This document shows positions 28,533 to 38,384 of a stretch of DNA of 64,000 nucleotides, piece by piece. Position numbers and translations under genes: made by a program. How positions within the stretch are numbered: position 1 is the first letter of the stretch; each line of letters opens with the position of its first letter. Origin of the DNA: an uncultured Verrucomicrobiae bacterium (lineage in GTDB: Bacteria > Verrucomicrobiota > Verrucomicrobiia > Limisphaerales > Palsa-1400); assembly GCA_963702845.1 (NCBI GenBank), contig OY969763.1:3232001-3296000 (forward strand). Reading direction: 5' to 3'. Below the pieces are notes generated by a model that saw only the letters and a list, made by a program, of their open reading frames with translations, was not told the origin of the DNA and did no database searches.

Positions 28533-28943
28533 ATGCACACACCAGAGACCGTCCGTCGTTTTGTCGAACTCCGCGCCCGCGGTTGGACCTATGCGCGCCT
28601 GGAGACCGAACTCAATGTCACCAAACCCACCCTCATCGACTGGAGCCGCAAGCACCAGTTCGAGATCCAAAACCTTCACGCTATCGAGCTCGAAGCGATG
28701 CGCGCAAAGTGGCTCGCCTCGACATCGGAACATGTCGATGCCGTGGGCGAACAGTTGCGCCGTGTCGAAACCGAGCTCGCCACCCGCAATCTCACAGAAC
28801 TAACCACGCCTCAACTCATGAGCGCTGCCCGCAACCTGCGTCGCCAGATCGAGCAAGCCACCGGCCCGCTCCAGTTCAGCGTTCCCGTAAACGAAATTCC
28901 TTCCGCCGAATTCCATGAACAGGTCCAGGATTGGAAAGCCTGA
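28533..28943 (+). CDS. Small N-terminal helix-turn-helix protein with a helical C-terminus
   Basis: FVELRARGWTYARLETELNVTKPTLIDWSRK fits an HTH (helix, turn LNV, recognition helix ending in W), followed by coiled-coil-like helices. Confidence 0.8.
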   Translation: MHTPETVRRFVELRARGWTYARLETELNVTKPTLIDWSRKHQFEIQNLHAIELEAMRAKWLASTSEHVDAVGEQLRRVETELATRNLTELTTPQLMSAARNLRRQIEQATGPLQFSVPVNEIPSAEFHEQVQDWKA

Positions 28944-28959
28944 ACCACCAAATCGGTTG

Positions 28960-29126
28960 CCGGTAAAGAAAAGGTAAAGAAATGGTAAAGTTTTTATCGG
29001 TCGGGCGTGCGTGCGAACCGGACGTTCCGGACGCGCGCGCCGCTCTTCGGAGGTCAGGTGAGTAAACGTAAGTTGCGCTGTCGGACGTTCCGACCGGTAA
29101 AGAAAAAGTAAACAAATGGTAAAGTT
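28960..29126 (+). repeat. Two 33-bp direct repeats of 11-bp-periodic (G/A)GTAAA flanking two related palindromes
   Basis: 28960-28992 ccggtaaagaaaaggtaaagaaatggtaaagtt and 29094-29126 ccggtaaagaaaaagtaaacaaatggtaaagtt (31/33 identical). Palindromes ccgga-cgt-tccgg at 29018-29030 and gtcgga-cgt-tccgac at 29080-29094. Confidence 0.9.
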
Positions 29127-29943
29127 CCAGCCCATGCTCCGACGTCGACGCGATGCATCTCGCTCCGTTGTGCGACGGCACGTTCATTACCACATGCGTC
29201 GTCTCAACCGCCCGTGCCTTCGGAATCTGCCCGGCTACCGGCGCGGTCCCGACGACTTATCTAAAGCCATCACTGCCATGAACCGCGCCATCCGCGCCCA
29301 TCGCCGACTAGCCAAGCTGGCTCCTGAAATCTTCGACTCTACCGAAGTGAACCGCCTCGCTCACCGCCGCAGGCAAGACGCCGAATGGCAAGCCGTTTGG
29401 GAACCCGCACTGATCGAAGTCTACGGACCGTCTCCTCCCGAAGAGTCCCATCGTGACCCTTTAGCAGACCAACCACAGTTACCACGATGTGCTCGCACCC
29501 GACGTGTCATTGAGCGCGAATACGCCGAATGGAAATTCTGGATGGAAGCCAGCCACATCGCCCAAAAACGCTACCAACAACGTCGGCCTCATGCGCTGCC
29601 GTCACTCTGCCAACTGGCCCGACTCCTTGATGCCGCGATGACTCTCGGCCGTCTCGCCTGCGGATCGTTCAATCCCGCTTCAGAACCGCCCGCCCACGCG
29701 CAAGCGTTGACAGATCTCAAACGCGCCTACGGCCCCGAAGCTTTAGCCGCAAGAGAGGCCGAAGCTTTGGAGAGACAGAAGGCTGCGCCGCCCCCGCAAC
29801 CGCCTCCAGTTCCACCCCCACCTTACGCCGATACAAAAAGAGACATCATCCAGGTTCCTTTGCCACCACGCCCCCTTCCGCGAAATCGGGCCGACGAACA
29901 CCCGGTTGCGCGCCTGTTTAACGACCTGTTCGGAGTGCAATAA
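29116..29943 (+). CDS. Hypothetical Arg-rich, helical protein with a Pro-rich C-terminus
   Basis: 275-aa ORF starting inside the second direct repeat. Weak internal echo (LIEVYGP / LKRAYGP). No recognised family. Confidence 0.55.
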   Translation: MVKFQPMLRRRRDASRSVVRRHVHYHMRRLNRPCLRNLPGYRRGPDDLSKAITAMNRAIRAHRRLAKLAPEIFDSTEVNRLAHRRRQDAEWQAVWEPALIEVYGPSPPEESHRDPLADQPQLPRCARTRRVIEREYAEWKFWMEASHIAQKRYQQRRPHALPSLCQLARLLDAAMTLGRLACGSFNPASEPPAHAQALTDLKRAYGPEALAAREAEALERQKAAPPPQPPPVPPPPYADTKRDIIQVPLPPRPLPRNRADEHPVARLFNDLFGVQ

Positions 29944-30059
29944 CAAATTCACGTGGTCCAGTCAGGAATGCCTCCTTCCGTCTGTGTCCATCTGCGGTGA
30001 CTCAATCAGATTGACTAACCCCCTGTGCATATTAATCTCCGCTCAATTCTCCAGAACGA

Positions 30060-30749
30060 TTGAAACAGTGCCCCTATTGCGGAAAAGAATATCCTGACGA
30101 GATCAGGGACTGTCCGATTGATGAAACGCGGCTCGTTGTCGCAAAGGAAAATCCGCGCGTCGAAACAGTCCAGACAGTCCTGACATACGATTCTCCTCCG
30201 TCGACGCCAAACAGCCGTCGTTATGATTACAACGGCAGAATGTATTTTCGCCGCAAGACCGCAGTGGGTTTGGGTGTCGTTGGATTGCTAAACTTATACT
30301 TCGCTGCCACGAACGACCGTGGCTTGATCATCAAAAATTTCGGCGCGCAATTCGACAAAGACGGAGCCACTGTTTTTTACCTGTTTGTAGGACTCGCATG
30401 CAGTCTGCCCGCGGTGCACTTTGCACTTGCCTGGTGGCGCAACAAACGTCATCCGCAATCCATAACGATGGATGAAGAAGCGATTTGGATTTCTGCCAAT
30501 CCAACCGGTTACCATAAGATAAATCTCTCGGACATTATCTCGCTGACGGACAAATTGAGCCCTCACGAGCATCGAAGTCATCGCGAAGCTCTCCATGGTG
30601 ACGCTATCAAACCTCGAGGCCTGGTCATTTGCACAGTGCATGGCGAATTTAGAATCGTTTACCTTGGCCTCTCGCCAACGGATTACGAAGAGATAAAAAC
30701 GCGACTCGAGCTCCACTTCGGAACCACCATCGCTAAAGTAATGGCATAG
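30060..30749 (+). CDS. Zinc-ribbon membrane protein (two TM segments)
   Basis: TTG start; MKQCPYCGKEYPDEIRDCPIDE; hydrophobic segments AVGLGVVGLLNLYFAA and VFYLFVGLACSLPAVHFALAWW. Confidence 0.75.
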   Translation: MKQCPYCGKEYPDEIRDCPIDETRLVVAKENPRVETVQTVLTYDSPPSTPNSRRYDYNGRMYFRRKTAVGLGVVGLLNLYFAATNDRGLIIKNFGAQFDKDGATVFYLFVGLACSLPAVHFALAWWRNKRHPQSITMDEEAIWISANPTGYHKINLSDIISLTDKLSPHEHRSHREALHGDAIKPRGLVICTVHGEFRIVYLGLSPTDYEEIKTRLELHFGTTIAKVMA

Positions 30750-30986
30750 GATTTAAGTCATCGCGAAGCCGCTCCGAAATCGCGTTTGTTATGCTCGTGC
30801 CGTTTTTCGTTGTCAGCCGCCATCAAACGTATAGGATACAGATAACCAGCACAGAAAAAGCGTCTGACCGACTAACAACTTCGATGCCGCGTTTGCAAGA
30901 ATTTCGGGAAACCATGGTGAAACTCTATACTGACTCGCTCAGCGCCTGCCCTTTTGTCCCAACTAAGTAATCCGAACCAAGACACC

Positions 30987-33900
30987 ATGAAAACCTCATC
31001 CCACTCGCTCTGGGCGACGTGTATTCGCCTCACCCTCGTGTTCGTCACCGCACTGCTCGCCCTTTCGGCACATGCGACGGGGTCGTCAACCGTCGTCATC
31101 AGCCAGGTATATGGCGGTGGTGGTAACAGTGGCGCGACATACCAAAATGACTTTGTTGAACTGTTCAACAAAAGCGGAACGGCCGTAAGCCTGAACGGCT
31201 GGTCGATTCAATACGCTTCAGCAGCTGGCACCTTCGGAGCTAATGACTTGAATCTGCCAAACGTCAGCATTCAGCCCGGACAATATTATTTGATTCAGCT
31301 AGCCAGTGGCGGCGCCGTCGGCTTGGTGTTGCCGACGCCCGATGCGACCGGTACGATAAATATGTCTGGAACAGCGGGCAAGGTAGCTTTGGCGAATACG
31401 ACGACCGGGTTGGGCACGGTAACCCTGCCCGACGCACGAATCGTTGACTTGATTGGCTATGGATCCACGGCTAGCGTCAGTGAAGGCGGCACAAAAGCAC
31501 CCGCTCCGTCGAACACGACTTCGGACCAGCGCGGCAGTAGCGGTTGCTCTGATACAGACAATAACGCTAACGATTTTACCACTGGCACCCCGGCACCACG
31601 CAACTCTGCCACAGCCACGCATTCATGTGGAGCAGGAGCTCCCACCCAAGTACGCATTGAAACAGCGAACGACGGAACCGGCGCTGCCGTTGGCACAATC
31701 AATGTCGCAGCAGGCGCATCTCTTACTGTTTATGCAGTCGCGCGTGACGCGTCGTTAAACTTCATCAGTGCAACTAACGGCACCTGGTCGTTCGCCAGCA
31801 AAACTGGCGGTGTAGTTGACGGCGACCTCGTTGCCGCTGGAGGTGGATTCAGCGCCACATTGACAGGCCACGTTACCGGCACGGCAGTCATCGACGTCGC
31901 AACTGCAGGACTCACAAGTGTCGACTCAGGGACGATTACCGTCACCAATGGCACCCCAACTCAACTGAGCATCGAAACTCAAGCAAACGGCAACGGCAGC
32001 GTCATCGGTAGCCAAACGTTGCCCACCGGCAACAGTCTCGTCGCGCGCTCAATCCGTCGCGATGCTTTTAATAATCTCGTCGATAACGTTGCTGCTGATT
32101 CATGGTCGTTGACCAGCATCGGGGGCGGCGTCGTCGCAGGTGATCTCGCGGTCGATGCGGGCAATAAATTTGCCATTCTCACCGGCAATGCCGCTGGTAA
32201 CGCCGTAATCACGGCGACCTCCGGTGCGCTCACCGGAAATTCCGGCACGATTACAGTCGCGGCCGTTGCGCCGACCATTACAGCGCCTCCGCCAAGTTAC
32301 ACGACGAACGCTGGAGTTAACGTGACATTCTTTGTCAGCGTTTCAGGTTCCACTCCCCTCACCTATCAATGGAAGAAAAACGGTAACGACATTTCTGGTA
32401 AGACCGACTCAACCCTGGTTCTTACCGGCGTCACCAAGCCGGATGAAGCAAGTTACAGCGTTGGCGTCACCAACGCTTTCGGCGGAGCTGTCAGCTCAGT
32501 CGGCACGCTGACGCTCAACGTCAATGCATTCACGTTGCTGACATACAATGTGAACGGAAATTTTGCGTCGCACTGGACCATTGACGATCCCAAGGTGCGG
32601 GCGTTGACAAACCAGTTGACGTATCTGCAGCCCGACATCATTACGTTCAACGAAATACCGAACGGCTCCAATGCGACTCTGAACGCCATCATCGCAGCCT
32701 GCCTGCCCGGATATATTTCGACACAAACCAGCGCGGCAACCGATGGCGGGATTCGCAGCGCTGTTGTCAGCCGCTGGCCGATCATTTCGTCCAACAGCTT
32801 TTTCCATAACCTCGACCTGACACCGTGGGGCGCGGCGGGCCAGACCTATACTCGCGACCTTTATATCGCCAAGATCCAGGTCCCTGGCATGAGTAAGCCG
32901 CTGAACGTGGCGACGTCACACCTCAAATCCAATGATTCTGGCAATCCCGCGGCCCAGAATGCTTGCATGAGGCGCGCCGCGGAAGCGAATGTCGTCTCGA
33001 ACTTCTTCTTTAATTTCAAACAGACCAATACCGACTACTACGTCATGACAGGTGATTGGAACCAGAGCATTAATGATCTAACGACCTGTGACCCGACCAA
33101 CAAGCCTGCGGAATCGATCACGGCGAGTAATTTCACCGGGCTGTTCCTGACGACGCCGAGGGATCCGAATGCCCCCGGTGACACGACGAATTATCTCACT
33201 CACTCCATTGCAGTGGGTCAACAATTTAACGATCGCTATGACTACATCGCGCCGTGCGGAACTCTTTTTACGAACATCAGTACGAGCAAAGTTTTCCGTA
33301 CCAGCACCCTGCCCTCGCTCACTGGCACTGGATTGAATGCCAACGATGACTCCACCACCTCCGACCACCTGCCGGTGCTGATGTCGTTTAACAATCCAGA
33401 AACATCGTCACCATCGTTTGCCCTTCAACCAGCCAACACGACCGCGAATGCAACTACTACTGCGACGTTGTCCGCTGTCGTCGGCGGCGCAACACCGTTG
33501 ACCTATCAGTGGTATAAAGGGAATACGATTCTCAACAACGGCACTGCCACATCGGGCGCAACGATCTCAGGTTCCACGACGGCCAATTTGACACTCGGCG
33601 GAACGGGAGTTCTCTCGACGGACGCTGGAAGCTACAGCCTCGTCGTTACCAATGCGCTCGGCGCCGCGACCAGCGCCACCGCCATCCTCACCATCCTGGA
33701 TCCCGCGATTCTGACCAACCCAGCCCATCAAACGAATAGCGCTGGTGCCACAGTTACATTTACTGCGACAGCTGGAGGCACAGCGCCCGTCACATTCCAG
33801 TGGCAACACGCTGGCACGAACGTTGTCAGTGGCGGAACCTACAGCGGCGTAACCTCAACCACATTGAGCATCGCCGGCATCGTCTCAACCGATGCAGGTA

Positions 33901-36900
33901 GCTACAATTTTATCGCCAATAACAGCTTCGGCTCGGTGACCAGTTCCTTCGCGCGTTTAGTCGTAACGGCGCCTGCAACCGTCACTTCTCCACCCTCCAG
34001 CACAACAGTCAATGCCGGTGTAACGCTTCTATTGAGCGCAACAGCCAGTGGCTCACCTACTCCCAGTACGCATTGGGAACGTAACGGTGTTACGATTACA
34101 AACTGCACCGCGTGTTCCGCGGGCAACTTTGGAATCTCTGGCGCAACGGGTGGTAATTTGCGCATCACCAACGTGATTGCAGGCGACGCCGGCAGTTACA
34201 CGTTCGTTGCCAGCAACTCAACCGCCAACGTGACTTCGACCGTTGCGATCGTCGTGGTCAACGACCCATTCATCACTCTGCAACCTGTCGACACTGGAGC
34301 AGCCATCGGCGGCAGCGCCATTCTCAAAGTGCTTGGCTCAGGCACTGCGCCGATTACGTATCAATGGAAGAAAAATGGAAACAACCTGACGGACGGCGCG
34401 AAGTACACGGGATCTACCAGCACCAATTTAACGATCGGTAATATCGCCGTAAGCGATGCGGCTGCATATAGCGCCATAGTCACCGGTGCCGGAGGCACAT
34501 TAACCAGCAGCTCGGCACAATTGGTGGTAACTGGCTCCAATGGTGAAATTTTACTAACCACCAATATTTACAACCAGAATTTTGACAGCATCGGTACTGC
34601 TGCCCCGGCAACACTGCCTCCCGGCTGGGTCATGTCGCCGCAAAGCGGTGGAGCGACTCCCACGTTCGCGGCAGGCACAAATACCGTCACGCAACAAGCG
34701 AGTTCGGGTGCTCCTACGACCGGCGCCCGATACAATTGGGGTGATGGCAACACGCCCACCGACCGCGCAATCGGCTTCATGACCTCCAGCAGCGGCTACA
34801 CCTCACCAAACAGTATTATGTTTGGTTTCGTCAACTCCACCGGCAGCAATATTTCTTCGCTGACCCTGACGTTTAATTATGAGCGCTACCGCAGCAACTC
34901 GGCCGCGGCCGCAATCACGTTCAGCACCTCGGGCGACGGCACATCCTGGAACGCAAACTATCCCACAGGCAATTGCACCTACGACACCGGCACCAGCTCT
35001 TATATGTTCACCGCGGTTCAAGTCTCCAATTGTTCCGTGACGATGAGCGGAATGGATCTCCCGACCAACGGCACCGTCTATCTCCGTTGGAATTTCAACA
35101 CCACCGGCGCCAACTCCCAGGGCCTGGGATTGGATGATTTCACCTTGTCAGCAACCGTGACGGCGCCTCATGAAGTTCCCGCAACCATCACAAGTCAGCC
35201 TGTTGGCGGAACGGTATGGCAAGGAACGAACTTTACATTTGCAGTTGGAGCGCAGGGCTCAGCGCCTATCACGTATCAATGGTACAAGAACAACAGCTCC
35301 ATCTCTGGTAAAACCGATTCGTCGCTTCCTTTGACATCAGTGACGCCAGCCGACAACGGAACCTATAAATGTGTCGTTCACAACGGCGGCGGCGATACTA
35401 CCAGCTCGGATGCTGTATTGGTTGTGACACCTCCAGTTGCGGTAACGATCGCCCAATTACGCGCGCTGGTAGACGGCACCACTTGGACAAATGCGGACAC
35501 CACCACGATTTACCAAACAACAGGAACGGTCACGACGTTCACCAACTCTGTCACCGGCAACAATACAGCCTTCGCGATGGACGATGGCACCGGTGGTATT
35601 TGGGTGTTTTTGGGAGGCGCTGCTGTTACAATCAACGCCGGCGATTCCGTGAAGGTCACCGCGCCATTGGCAAGCTTCCAGGGACGCCTTGAACTCTCAG
35701 TGGCGGCAGGAAACCCGACCGAAGGCTATTCGGTTCTGACTTCCGGCAATGTGCTCCCGTCCGTCTCTAAAGTTTCATGGACGACGTTAACGAACTTCAC
35801 CGCCAACGATCCGTTGGAAGGCAAACGTGTGGCCATTGGTTTGGTCGATATGGATACGCGCACCAACACATTTGCGACAAATTCACTCCTGACCGTCACC
35901 AATCATGACGATCCCAGCCAGACGTTCCTGGTCCGTATCGATGCTCATTGCGCCGACTTCCAGGGCCAGCCCAAGCCGCAATATTGCTACATCGTCGGCA
36001 CAATGGATCAGGCTACTACCAATGTGCCTCCGACAAACAACTATCGCATCGTCCCGACCCGCTTCGAGGACATCGTTTATTACCCTCCAATCGTCACGGC
36101 ACAACCCGCGAACACGACTGTTAATTACGGGGGCACCGCTGTAATCAGCGCTTCACTCATTGGTGGTCACTTGCAATATTCCTGGACCAAAAACGGCAAC
36201 AGCATAAGTGATGGCGGGAACGTCTCCGGCTCAACGACTGCAAGTTTAACGATTTCACCGGCGTCCTCAGCCGATGTCGGAACGTATCGGCTGACCTACG
36301 TGTTCGGCGCCGATATCTCCGGCGGCCTCTCCGCATTTGTCAACTCCTCAACCGCGACCCTCACTGTAAACGATCCGATAATTACATCGCAGCCCGCCAA
36401 CGCGACTGTCGAGTGCGGCTCCAGCGCAGTGCTGAGTGTTGCCGCTTCCGGGACACCTGCCCTGACCTACCAATGGTACACACCCGACGCTAATGGCACG
36501 GCTGTTCCCGGTGGACAAAGCTCCAGTTTGACGGTGAACAACGTTCACGGCTCCACCGCCTACGTAGTAGTCGTCGGCAATGGATTGGCCGGCACGGTCA
36601 CCAGCAGCAGTGCCAGCGTTACTGCTAACGATACGATTGCTCCGTCCATCACGGTGAACAGCGGCCCGAGCACAGTCTGTGTCGCCAGCGTGTATTCAGA
36701 TCCGGGAGCAACGGCCAGTGATGTTTGCGATGGCACTGTCATCGCTGGCACCTCGGGCTCCGTTAACACGAGCATCGTGGGCGCTTACACGCTCACGTAT
36801 ACAGCCGCTGATTCAAGCCTGAACGCTACGTCTGCCACCCGCGTCGTGTCCGTCGTTAATTGCGCTGATCCAGCAATCACCGTCCAACCGGTCAACGTGA

Positions 36901-38087
36901 TCGCCACCACCAAGAGCAACGTGACCTTCAGCATCACTGCTGCTGGAACAGGCCCCTTGGTCTATCAGTGGTACTTCGTTAAGAACGGCACCACGACACC
37001 CAAGAAGATGGTCAAGAGCGCGATCATCCCGGCTGTGACCAACGCCACGCTTAGCATCAACAACGTAGCTAACGCGGCCAATGGCGGCTCCTATTACTGC
37101 ACCGTGACCAACTCGCTCCATTCAGGCGCAACCAGCACCAGCGCGACTCTGACGGTCTACGACGCGCCTTTGGTGAAAATTGCTCCGCCCAGCAAGACGT
37201 TGCTGGCTGGTTTCAACTACACCATGGTAGCCAAAGTGACCAAGGGCGCGCTCAATCAGACCCTGAGCTATCAATGGAACAAGAACGGCAATGCCATCAG
37301 TGGCGCAACCACCTCGACCTACTCGCTGGTGGATGTTCAAACCGCTAACACAGCGGTCTACTCCTGTGTGGTGAGCAACAACTCACCGACAGGCGGTTCG
37401 GCCAGTCTCTCCCTGACGGTGACTCAAGACACTGAGGTTCCCAAAGTGGTGCTCTTGTTGAAGCCAACGGACATGGCAGCCAAACACGCGTTGACCACTA
37501 ACGACGTCCCCGTTGATCCGACCGGAACCAATCACGCGCCTGATGTCGACTTCCTCGGCAAGGCAGTGGATAAAGGTTTGATTGTGTCCGCCTGGGTCAG
37601 CAACGCCGTCAATCAGGCGGTGTTCCCTGCGACATTCGTGAAGAAGGTGACCGACCTGACGGCAACGAACACCGCGGCCGGCAAGCCAGCATTCTTCCTC
37701 TCACACGTGAGCATGGTAGATGGAACCAACATCTTCTGGGGTCTGGCAACGGACTCTGATGGCAACACGAGCACCACCACGAAAGGCACGCACATGTTCT
37801 TCATTGCCAATCCGCAAGCGCTGACCCTGGCGACCAGCGGAACTGGCCGTATCACCTCAGTGACCGACGCGACCTCGAAGAACTGGGGCAACCCGACCAA
37901 CACAGCGGTGCTGGCGGTGGGCCATAATTACACGATAAAGGCCACGCCAATCGGTCACCTCGTTACCTTCCAGAAATGGACCGTGACAGACAGCACTGGC
38001 CCATTGGCTGATCAGACGGCCAATCCGTTGACCTTCACCATGTCCCTTGGACGGACCAATACGGCTGTGTTCTCCAACCACCCGTAA
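30987..38087 (+). CDS. Giant secreted protein with a lamin-tail domain, an EEP endonuclease/exonuclease/phosphatase domain, an OB-fold-like domain and Ig repeats (putative extracellular nuclease)
   Basis: Signal peptide from the ATG at 30987. LTD VVISQVYGGGGNSGATYQNDFVELFN. EEP motifs TYNV, FNE, SHLKS, GDWN, RYDYI and SDHLPV. TIAQLR...GTVT...DGTGGI...GDSVKVT OB-like segment. Many YQWxKNG Ig domains. Confidence 0.9.
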   Translation: MKTSSHSLWATCIRLTLVFVTALLALSAHATGSSTVVISQVYGGGGNSGATYQNDFVELFNKSGTAVSLNGWSIQYASAAGTFGANDLNLPNVSIQPGQYYLIQLASGGAVGLVLPTPDATGTINMSGTAGKVALANTTTGLGTVTLPDARIVDLIGYGSTASVSEGGTKAPAPSNTTSDQRGSSGCSDTDNNANDFTTGTPAPRNSATATHSCGAGAPTQVRIETANDGTGAAVGTINVAAGASLTVYAVARDASLNFISATNGTWSFASKTGGVVDGDLVAAGGGFSATLTGHVTGTAVIDVATAGLTSVDSGTITVTNGTPTQLSIETQANGNGSVIGSQTLPTGNSLVARSIRRDAFNNLVDNVAADSWSLTSIGGGVVAGDLAVDAGNKFAILTGNAAGNAVITATSGALTGNSGTITVAAVAPTITAPPPSYTTNAGVNVTFFVSVSGSTPLTYQWKKNGNDISGKTDSTLVLTGVTKPDEASYSVGVTNAFGGAVSSVGTLTLNVNAFTLLTYNVNGNFASHWTIDDPKVRALTNQLTYLQPDIITFNEIPNGSNATLNAIIAACLPGYISTQTSAATDGGIRSAVVSRWPIISSNSFFHNLDLTPWGAAGQTYTRDLYIAKIQVPGMSKPLNVATSHLKSNDSGNPAAQNACMRRAAEANVVSNFFFNFKQTNTDYYVMTGDWNQSINDLTTCDPTNKPAESITASNFTGLFLTTPRDPNAPGDTTNYLTHSIAVGQQFNDRYDYIAPCGTLFTNISTSKVFRTSTLPSLTGTGLNANDDSTTSDHLPVLMSFNNPETSSPSFALQPANTTANATTTATLSAVVGGATPLTYQWYKGNTILNNGTATSGATISGSTTANLTLGGTGVLSTDAGSYSLVVTNALGAATSATAILTILDPAILTNPAHQTNSAGATVTFTATAGGTAPVTFQWQHAGTNVVSGGTYSGVTSTTLSIAGIVSTDAGSYNFIANNSFGSVTSSFARLVVTAPATVTSPPSSTTVNAGVTLLLSATASGSPTPSTHWERNGVTITNCTACSAGNFGISGATGGNLRITNVIAGDAGSYTFVASNSTANVTSTVAIVVVNDPFITLQPVDTGAAIGGSAILKVLGSGTAPITYQWKKNGNNLTDGAKYTGSTSTNLTIGNIAVSDAAAYSAIVTGAGGTLTSSSAQLVVTGSNGEILLTTNIYNQNFDSIGTAAPATLPPGWVMSPQSGGATPTFAAGTNTVTQQASSGAPTTGARYNWGDGNTPTDRAIGFMTSSSGYTSPNSIMFGFVNSTGSNISSLTLTFNYERYRSNSAAAAITFSTSGDGTSWNANYPTGNCTYDTGTSSYMFTAVQVSNCSVTMSGMDLPTNGTVYLRWNFNTTGANSQGLGLDDFTLSATVTAPHEVPATITSQPVGGTVWQGTNFTFAVGAQGSAPITYQWYKNNSSISGKTDSSLPLTSVTPADNGTYKCVVHNGGGDTTSSDAVLVVTPPVAVTIAQLRALVDGTTWTNADTTTIYQTTGTVTTFTNSVTGNNTAFAMDDGTGGIWVFLGGAAVTINAGDSVKVTAPLASFQGRLELSVAAGNPTEGYSVLTSGNVLPSVSKVSWTTLTNFTANDPLEGKRVAIGLVDMDTRTNTFATNSLLTVTNHDDPSQTFLVRIDAHCADFQGQPKPQYCYIVGTMDQATTNVPPTNNYRIVPTRFEDIVYYPPIVTAQPANTTVNYGGTAVISASLIGGHLQYSWTKNGNSISDGGNVSGSTTASLTISPASSADVGTYRLTYVFGADISGGLSAFVNSSTATLTVNDPIITSQPANATVECGSSAVLSVAASGTPALTYQWYTPDANGTAVPGGQSSSLTVNNVHGSTAYVVVVGNGLAGTVTSSSASVTANDTIAPSITVNSGPSTVCVASVYSDPGATASDVCDGTVIAGTSGSVNTSIVGAYTLTYTAADSSLNATSATRVVSVVNCADPAITVQPVNVIATTKSNVTFSITAAGTGPLVYQWYFVKNGTTTPKKMVKSAIIPAVTNATLSINNVANAANGGSYYCTVTNSLHSGATSTSATLTVYDAPLVKIAPPSKTLLAGFNYTMVAKVTKGALNQTLSYQWNKNGNAISGATTSTYSLVDVQTANTAVYSCVVSNNSPTGGSASLSLTVTQDTEVPKVVLLLKPTDMAAKHALTTNDVPVDPTGTNHAPDVDFLGKAVDKGLIVSAWVSNAVNQAVFPATFVKKVTDLTATNTAAGKPAFFLSHVSMVDGTNIFWGLATDSDGNTSTTTKGTHMFFIANPQALTLATSGTGRITSVTDATSKNWGNPTNTAVLAVGHNYTIKATPIGHLVTFQKWTVTDSTGPLADQTANPLTFTMSLGRTNTAVFSNHP

Positions 38088-38103
38088 TTAGGAATTAATT
38101 CAC

Positions 38104-38134
38104 AAGGCGTCCCGCAAAAGCGGGACGCCTTTTT
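38104..38134 (+). terminator. Intrinsic terminator
   Basis: aaggcgtcccgc-aaaa-gcgggacgcctt followed by ttt, right after the stop at 38087. Confidence 0.85.
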
Positions 38135-38384
38135 CAATGTTTTGAATACGCAGTTTAGACACAACGAACACTTTCCAAACCTCAACCTGCGAGCAACTTG
38201 GATGTAGCACCAGTTACTACACAGGCATCATATTTTTTCTTATTGACTGGTAATGACAAAAGTCATTGAATGACCCATATCCATCCGCAGTGCCCTGTAG
38301 ATAATTTGTAGTAATCGCAGCCGATTAAAAAAAGCCGCATCTCGACAGCACAATTCTGATACAAAAACCCTCACTTCGACCCGT

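Noticed and set aside
28960..29126. Minimal CRISPR array
   Set aside because: Only two non-palindromic repeats with a ~100-nt structured interval, and no cas genes.
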